The position numbers were made by a program, and so were the translations under genes. Source: a virus (lineage: Duplodnaviria > Heunggongvirae > Uroviricota > Caudoviricetes). Taken from it: a DNA stretch of 64,000 nt. The number at the start of each line of letters is the position of its first letter. The stretch's first letter is position 1. The notes below the pieces were generated by a model that made no database searches, had not been told where the DNA came from, and saw only the letters and a program-made list of their open reading frames with translations. Location of the stretch: IMG/VR virus record IMGVR_UViG_3300032093_000003; one strand, given 5' to 3'. Shown here in pieces: positions 57,329-64,000 of the stretch.

Positions 57329-57698
57329 GTGACCGTTCCCCCTGAAGTCCGACCATCGTGAAACGAGGGAGGACGATAATCTATTCCACATATACATATA
57401 TAAAACGTATACTGAAGACGTATAAATGTATGACGTTTATAAATTTTTCAGAAAGTGGGTCGTGATTCGGACAAGGGACAATCCTACACTATCTCCCACA
57501 AAGTTACACTTTTCCCCACTTTTCCACTCTGTCATACATAGAACCAAAAAAATGTGGGTTACAGGTATCTGTAGAAGGGAAAAAATAGGTACGACAAAAA
57601 AGGTGACAAAATGTCTGGTTTTTATAGGTTATTTTAATAGAAATTTGTAATACACTCGGTCCCCCATAAAGTGGGTGACCTCGTTTACTGGTACCCAA

Positions 57699-58097
57699 TT
57701 AGTTATGTATATAATACCTAAACTTATACTCAACCTTCCCCAAGAGTCCCATGGGTAGAACATTAATGAACATATAGAACCTTACCTTATAGACATTCTC
57801 TTCCAGTAACTTCTTTACGATCTGACGAGCAACTCTGTGGAACTCATATGGACCACTTAGATAAGACTCCCCCTTTAATGTGACGACCACCTCATCTGTG
57901 TGAGGGAGTGAATAAGGGTCCGTCTTAACCGTTCCTTGTATATCTAATTTACCCAATGTTTCCATTAGACTCTTCTCACATTTCCTTTCAAACTCTTCTA
58001 TCTTCTCTACATACTTTTCCTGTGTATGAACTTTCTTACTGTGTCCGAGTAGAGGAAATAGTATGGAGAGGTTCAGATCTACTTCTGGTCGTTCCAT
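57699..58097 (-). CDS. hypothetical protein
   Basis: 132-aa ORF. Confidence 0.65.
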   Translation of the reverse strand: MERPEVDLNLSILFPLLGHSKKVHTQEKYVEKIEEFERKCEKSLMETLGKLDIQGTVKTDPYSLPHTDEVVVTLKGESYLSGPYEFHRVARQIVKKLLEENVYKVRFYMFINVLPMGLLGKVEYKFRYYIHN

Positions 58098-58893
58098 TGT
58101 TTTAATTCTTCAATTATATTATTATTCATCTCTGTACAGAAATCTCGTTCAAGTATATTCTTTAGTGCTTGTTCTGCATCAACACCTGTTTCACTTGTGG
58201 CCATTTCAATACACTCATCATCTGTTTTATTATGCCAAAATGTTAAGTGTTTCAATAACTGATTTCCGTCTATTTTATTCATAAACTTCTTCGATTTTAA
58301 GTATTTTACAATCTTTCACATTTACACATTCCAACATTTCTTTTTTCCATTCTTTAAGTTTTTCTAAGTTGGATGTTTCTCTATAACCCATTTTATAGTA
58401 GTCATCAAATTCATTTTTAAATAATCCAATGTATTTTTGTTCGTTATTCATAAACTTCTATTGTTTTATCTTTGTATGTTACTGTAATTAGTTGAGTTGG
58501 GATGTTTATACCTTGATTTGACTGAATGCCTTCGTATTGTTCTTGAATATACTTTTCCCATTCATGTCCATAAATTATCCTATCATTCTCAATATCATTT
58601 ATACAATTAGTTTTTTCCAATTGCCATTCTTTTTCTTCCAAACTCAACTCTCTTTCTTCAATCTTTAATCTCCACTTTTCAGAGAACTCTGTGTCGGTTT
58701 TGATTTTGTTGATGAATTCTTCTTTGGTTAAATGACGAGTTGGATGTGGAGATACCATAGAACGACCATTCAACATACACCAACCTTTACCTATATTTTG
58801 ATAAAGAAGATTTGTACGATGGTCGTGTATTGTTGCTAATGGATAGTTTTGGTAATTCTCATAAGCCTCATCAATGATCTGTTCTTTATTCAT
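58079..58893 (-). other. three small hypothetical CDS (58079..58282, 58275..58451, 58444..58893) joined by a repeated junction
   Basis: Each junction reads AGAAGTTTATGAATAA on the minus strand. Confidence 0.65.
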
Positions 58894-58899
58894 AAACTT

Positions 58900-59895
58900 C
58901 TATTGTTTTGATTTTATTTGTTCCCTATACCATTTGGCTCCTTCTTCGAATGCTATTGAAGATACTCCATGAATTCTATTTGATTCTTTTAATATCTCCT
59001 CATCTGATATTTCTGTTTGATCCTTCTCCATTTGTTTGGCTTGTTCTTCCTTTTCAGCTAAAACCCAAGCAGGTATTTTGATAATATAGTTTTCATTATC
59101 TTTTATATCGGCAAAATCGTATTCTTTTAATTGTTCAACCAACCATTCTACTGCTGTCATAGTTATTTCTTTTTAAATTGTTCAATAAAATGCACTAATG
59201 TTTGTACATCTATACAAGAATTTCCTAATTCTCCTTCTGTGTGGTTATCTTCATCAAGAATAAATTTTAACATTCTTTCTTGTTGCCATTTAACAATGTG
59301 AATAAACATTGATTTTATCCAAGTTTTTTCATGAGGATCTATTGTTTTTGCTTCCAACAATTCTAAGCTATACTTTTCAGCAGCTTCTTCAAGTTCATTT
59401 TCCATTTCTATTGCTTGTAATTTAGGAGAATTATATATCCTCATTGGTCTACCATCCTTATATCTTAATTCAGGTAAACCTTTCCCATAAGTTTCTTTAT
59501 AGTATCCTTCCCCCGTACTATATTCTAATAACACATGACCATTCCTTCCGAGAAGATTACCATCATTCCAAGATTCTTTTATCTGATCCTTAAACATTTG
59601 TTTAACCTGTTCTTGTATATCTAATGGAATATCTCCCATGTTATCTTGTACTTGGTTTATTAACCATTCTACTGCTGTCATGTTTTTATTTTCCATATCC
59701 TTTATTTACTAAGTTTATACCATCTAATCTTGCAATATTTAGTTGTTTCTTCTCCATTTGTTTGGATTGTTCTTCAAGTTCATCAATCATACCTTGTGTA
59801 ACTCTCACATCACCCATTCCTATATGTGTGGTTGGATCATGTGCAAGTTGACGTAATTGATTTATAATCCACTCTACCGCCGTTTGTTGTGACAT
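58900..59895 (-). other. three TAVEWL-family CDS (58900..59160, 59163..59696, 59686..59895)
   Basis: N-terminal TAVEW(L/I)..Q and KQMEK.Q motifs. Confidence 0.7.
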
Positions 59896-60421
59896 TATTT
59901 ATATATTTTATCGTAATTGATATCGTACATTTGATCGTAGAACTCGATCAGTTCTTTATACTTTTCCTTATCCTGGTAAATCTTTTCCATTAAAATATTG
60001 TTCATCTTATACCCGAATTTTAAATCTTTCAAATAAGTTTGACAATAAGAACCCTCGGAACTTTGTTCACATCTTAATGGACTACAACACCCCTCTTCAC
60101 CACATCCATCACATATAGGACAATATGGATTATGTATATCTTCTGTTGTTTTCATATCAATTCGACTTTTTCTTTATTATACTCCATAATCTCCTCGGTT
60201 TGATCGGGTATCTCAAGGAACCTAATATGATGATGTTTACCTTCCACCTCCAAGAATTCATACCAAGGACCGGGTGCAAAGTTAATACCCGTTTCCTCCC
60301 TCATTTCCTCACCACTGATCACATCAATAACATGATATATCGATCCTTTATGGGTATAGACTTTACCCTTGTCTTCACCCTCATCAACACATAACGAATT
60401 CTCAATACAAATCACTCTCAT
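59895..60421 (-). other. two small hypothetical CDS (59895..60155 with CPICDGCGEEGCC; 60152..60421)
   Basis: Abutting ORFs. Confidence 0.65.
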
Positions 60422-61382
60422 GTTCTTTTAATAATTTATTTGGATTAACACAATAGGATTCACTCCAATTTGGAACCGTATAATGACAATTCCATGGTAA
60501 TTTTTTATGAACCTCCTTAAACTCATTACACCCAATCATTAAAGAAAAACAATAATCTATTTCATCTAAAAGATGTTGAATTGTATCAGGTGGATTACCA
60601 TAAAGTTTTTCAGATTCTTGTACATAACACTTAAACCCACCAAATCCAATGTAATCTATAAAAAAGTTAGATGTTAAAACATTGATCGGTGTGACAATAT
60701 ACTTCTTATGTTTATTATAGGTAGTATAATTTATTTGAGTATCACCAATCTTTTCAATATTCCATTTTATCATTTGTTCATAGTTCACCGGTTCGTGAAA
60801 GATAAGAAGATTGGCGAACTTTCTAACATTATGTGTACATAGATAATTTGCAAAATGTATAAAAGACATTTTGTTCTTACCACAGAAAGATTTTAAATTA
60901 CGTTCACTGGTGAGAACCACCTCATTGATAAAACACATATCCTCAAAAGTGATTTCCGTCTTATATCTCATATACATTAATCTCGAATGTTTATCTTCGT
61001 TCCAATACCCATATTCTTTAATATCATAAATAATATTATCAATCTCCCTGAGTATCAATTGAACAAAGATTTTAGATAGAACATTACTGTACTTCACATG
61101 ATAAAAGATACCATTCATTCCATCCAAATATTTTTCAACCTCACATGTCTTTTGGTCAAAATACATAACCGGATCATATAGAAGAAAATCTCCCCTGTTT
61201 TTGTGTACCCCTTCAGTTGGATGTAAATGTTTAAACATTGACATAGATATCTCCTCCGCGAAACTCGTTGTTAAATCCATTTTATCAACAAATTCCTTCC
61301 CATAAAAAGATTCAATAGAATAAAATTTACCGAACTCAGGTCTCCATTCAAACCTATTTGATCTTGGAATAAATTGTGACAT
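60402..61382 (-). CDS. hypothetical protein
   Basis: 326-aa ORF. Confidence 0.7.
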   Translation of the reverse strand: MSQFIPRSNRFEWRPEFGKFYSIESFYGKEFVDKMDLTTSFAEEISMSMFKHLHPTEGVHKNRGDFLLYDPVMYFDQKTCEVEKYLDGMNGIFYHVKYSNVLSKIFVQLILREIDNIIYDIKEYGYWNEDKHSRLMYMRYKTEITFEDMCFINEVVLTSERNLKSFCGKNKMSFIHFANYLCTHNVRKFANLLIFHEPVNYEQMIKWNIEKIGDTQINYTTYNKHKKYIVTPINVLTSNFFIDYIGFGGFKCYVQESEKLYGNPPDTIQHLLDEIDYCFSLMIGCNEFKEVHKKLPWNCHYTVPNWSESYCVNPNKLLKEHESDLY

Positions 61383-61387
61383 AACTA

Positions 61388-61636
61388 TTAATTGTTGTTT
61401 ATAAATGTATCATTACACCATATCGGTGTTTTCTCTCCAACGTAACTACCAGCAACATTATACCAAAAGTATTCTATCGCATCATCTTCCGTCATTCCCT
61501 CCTTAACCAATATATCAATACATTTGGTGACAGAATATATAAGACGATAGGTCGATTCCTCAATACCAATTATTGCGTCATCAAACCCATCGGCTTTTAG
61601 AATGTCCTCATCAATTGTATAATGTGATAAATCCAT
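61388..61636 (-). CDS. conserved small phage protein
   Basis: ADGFDDAIIG...AIEYFWYNVAGSYVGEKTP motif. Confidence 0.75.
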   Translation of the reverse strand: MDLSHYTIDEDILKADGFDDAIIGIEESTYRLIYSVTKCIDILVKEGMTEDDAIEYFWYNVAGSYVGEKTPIWCNDTFINNN

Positions 61637-61752
61637 ATCAATATTTTCAACAAATATAAGAGAAATAATTTTAAAACAAAAAAAATATTTATTAAAGGTC
61701 CGATATCCGCGTTTTCATCTCACTCGGACCAACATGAGCTTCCGACGGGTTG

Positions 61753-61896
61753 TGGTCAGGACAGGATTCGAACCTGTTTTGTAATAAAGGGTCTCACGAC
61801 AGTTATTTCTAACCTACATTTCTGTAGCGTGGTTTGAGTAGTCCCTAAACTGTTCTCTTTTATATTACAATGGCGTACCAATTCCGCCACCTGACT
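61753..61896 (-). ncRNA. 144-nt tRNA-like RNA with an expanded anticodon arm
   Basis: Acceptor AGTCAGG/CCTGACC-A; D-arm GCG-GAATTGGTA-CGC; T-arm ACAGG-TTCGAAT-CCTGT; about 95-nt structured insert; no assignable anticodon. Confidence 0.75.
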
Positions 61897-62071
61897 ATTT
61901 TAGTTAATATAATTTTATTTTTTCAACTGAACAATCCAACCCATAATTTTCTTTAATTAAAGACACAAAACTATCCTTTTCTTGCTCACTAAATCTGGTG
62001 ATAGTTTGACCATTCCAAGTACCACCAATAATCGTAATAATAAATTTGTATGCTGGCATATTTTTTAATTT

Positions 62072-62541
62072 TTAGTAGTCTACTACAAACCATTTAATGT
62101 CAGGTCTAGTTTCATTTAACCTTTTTTTCCATGGGTTAAGAAACTCAATGGCTTCTTTCTCATTATTAAATTTCTTTGCATGTTCCAAATTTTTCGGTCT
62201 CAAATATGGATCTTTATGTGAGGCGTAAAAGTATTTTTCACAAAAGAAATAGTGCATGGATTTGTTTATCTCACTTTTCCCAACTATCATTTTCATACTC
62301 TCTTCTTTAATGTTATGTTACCATTTACACTTAATATCACCCTACCGTCACTGAATACCGCTGGTCCCTCTCCTTCATATGCAACAATATCTTGATTAAT
62401 TGTTACAGTGGGAGGTTTATTAAATGTTTTTAACCAATACCATTTATCTTTAATCCAATCTTTGATACTCATAAATAAGTTTTTATTTGGGTTTTCAGTT
62501 GTAAAATATGTTGTCCCGTCTTCTCTTTTTATTTGAAACAT
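62072..62541 (-). other. two small hypothetical CDS (62072..62296, 62293..62541)
   Basis: Overlapping ORFs. Confidence 0.6.
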
Positions 62542-62690
62542 TTGAGTTTATTTTTTTATATAAGGTTTCTTTGGTGAATACTTGTTCTGTGACATATTAA
62601 ACTTTCTCATAAACATTCCATTCAAATGTAGTCCAGGTGAACAGGATGTTATAAACATAACAAATATAATAAAAAATACTAATAACTTTC

Positions 62691-62927
62691 TCATTTTCCA
62701 TATGTTTTGTTATAGTATTTTATTGAACTTTTATCGATCATTTCGTCAGTACATCCGGCATGTTTCATATATGGTGATTCTCTTTTGTATGCCTCAATTA
62801 TCTGATCCTTCTCAATTTGTTTGGCTATTTTTTTCAATTCATATAACCTTTGGGTTGTTAATATTTTCTCTATTTTAGCATGATTAATTCTTTCAACTAA
62901 CCAATCTACTGCTGTTTCCTGTGACAT
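62691..62927 (-). CDS. TAVEWL-family protein
   Basis: MSQETAVDWLVE...KQIEKDQI. Confidence 0.7.
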   Translation of the reverse strand: MSQETAVDWLVERINHAKIEKILTTQRLYELKKIAKQIEKDQIIEAYKRESPYMKHAGCTDEMIDKSSIKYYNKTYGK

Positions 62928-63130
62928 AAAATTTTTATATTTGTTTCTTAAAATATGTTAAAGGTAATTTAACATCGTTAGATTTAACATAATATGAATT
63001 GATGTTCATCCATCTTTCCTGTTTATTGTTTTCACAAATGAAATATAATTTTGAAAGTGTGTGAAACACAATGTCACCTACGATTATCATTTTTATTTTT
63101 ACTTTATGGTATTATACCTTTTAGTATAAA

Positions 63131-63394
63131 TTATTGTTTGGGATACGTTTTCGCATCTGAAAATGATTCTATTGAAACGAATTCGGAATGAAGATGTTCA
63201 ATAATTTCTTTCATTAATTCATGATCGGGTTTACCGTCATCTTTTTCAGAAAGTTTAACCAATAAAGATATTCCCGATACAAGTATATGAGACATTTCAC
63301 TAAAACTTAATTTTGGTTGAGTTGGTGGTAACTTAATAAAAACATTTGATTTACCATCTAAAATTTCAGTCTCAACAATTACACTTAAATTCAT
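63131..63394 (-). CDS. hypothetical protein
   Basis: 87-aa ORF. Confidence 0.65.
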   Translation of the reverse strand: MNLSVIVETEILDGKSNVFIKLPPTQPKLSFSEMSHILVSGISLLVKLSEKDDGKPDHELMKEIIEHLHSEFVSIESFSDAKTYPKQ

Positions 63395-63915
63395 TAGTCT
63401 TCATTTTTTAAAATTTTTATTAATTTTTCTTTAATTCCACTTTGTTTAATACCTTCACTTTCTTTGGGTGTTAAAACAAAATTGTCACCAAGAAATAAAC
63501 TCATATCTAAATCATCAACACTAACCCAACTTGTGATATCATTTTTATCTTCCAACCATTTTTTTATTTCTAATGATCTAAGAAGTTCTAATGTACCTGA
63601 TTGATTGATTATGGGTGTGAAGTCTATTGGTTTTTTTATTACACCCATAAGTTCATAATACTTACCAATATCTTCTAATGATCCGTGAAGTTTCCAATCT
63701 GAACTAACAACTATCTCAGCATCGGTTTCAGTTAAAACTTCATTTAAAACTTTAACTGCCTTCTTATCAAAATTATCAAATCTAAATTCAATCGGAACTT
63801 CTCTTAATGTCATAGACATTTTCATTCTACCCCACTTCTTTTGTTTCTTATAACGAGAACCAAAATTATTTGATAGACAAATTACACCATCGTGATCCAA
63901 GAATAGAATCTTCAT
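63394..63915 (-). CDS. HAD-superfamily phosphatase, Swiss-Army-Knife RNA-repair-like (HAD_SAK_2)
   Basis: ILFLDHDGV, IVVSSDWK, EIKKWL and WVSVDD motifs. Confidence 0.8.
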   Translation of the reverse strand: MKILFLDHDGVICLSNNFGSRYKKQKKWGRMKMSMTLREVPIEFRFDNFDKKAVKVLNEVLTETDAEIVVSSDWKLHGSLEDIGKYYELMGVIKKPIDFTPIINQSGTLELLRSLEIKKWLEDKNDITSWVSVDDLDMSLFLGDNFVLTPKESEGIKQSGIKEKLIKILKNED

Positions 63916-64000
63916 TTATTAAAATTAGTTTTGGATTCAAATAAATCACAAGTGTGATTTTTACTTGGTATTGATTCCAGTTTAATTTCTTTTTTTGGAT

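Noticed and set aside
61753-61896. Canonical tRNA, tmRNA or group I intron-containing tRNA
   Set aside because: No 7-nt anticodon loop, no Ala G-U identity or tag ORF, and the insert is far shorter than a group I intron.
171-62878. Many short opposite-strand ORFs in the supplied track (e.g. 786..1037, 11095..11382, 23622..24074, 38090..38341, 53897..54100)
   Set aside because: They are antisense shadows of longer genes with recognisable motifs and lack their own promoter or start context.
1-64000. Stop-codon reassignment as in some large Bacteroidota phages
   Set aside because: Recognisable enzymes (CCA, methyltransferase, SprT, Gp88) translate full-length with the standard bacterial code, and TAG and TGA both end genes.

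Overview
A 64-kb segment of a large, AT-rich (roughly 30% GC by eye) tailed-phage genome, very probably infecting Bacteroidota. The host call rests on dozens of TTTG-N19-21-TAnnTTTG promoters, A-rich Shine-Dalgarno-less leaders and Bacteroidota-style lipoprotein signals. No capsid, terminase or polymerase gene lies in the window, so the taxonomy cannot be refined. There are three blocks. (1) 1-24.8 kb, minus strand: tail-fibre/adhesin-like genes, then about 20 genes encoding unrelated enzymes (CCA enzyme, HD hydrolase, kinase-like, phosphatase, GNAT, P-loop kinase, flavoprotein, PCD, amidase, endonuclease) that share short N-terminal leader peptides and a TATTTATA upstream motif. (2) 25.1-57.3 kb, mostly plus strand: an early-type region built from repeated modules of [TTAACA-N5-TTAACA box + host-type promoter] - small gene(s) - [terminator] - [GC-rich spacer with inverted TTTnnnTGGC arms]. 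The genes here are almost free of GpC and GATC, while the spacers concentrate both. The block encodes a receiver-less OmpR/PhoB winged-helix protein, a ParB-like protein and a C5 DNA methyltransferase. (3) 57.7-64 kb, minus strand: small hypothetical genes, a tRNA-like RNA with an expanded anticodon arm, and a HAD RNA-repair-like gene. A G/C-tract island marks the divergent switch at about 25 kb. All counts were made by eye and all protein-family calls come from motif recognition, not database searches.
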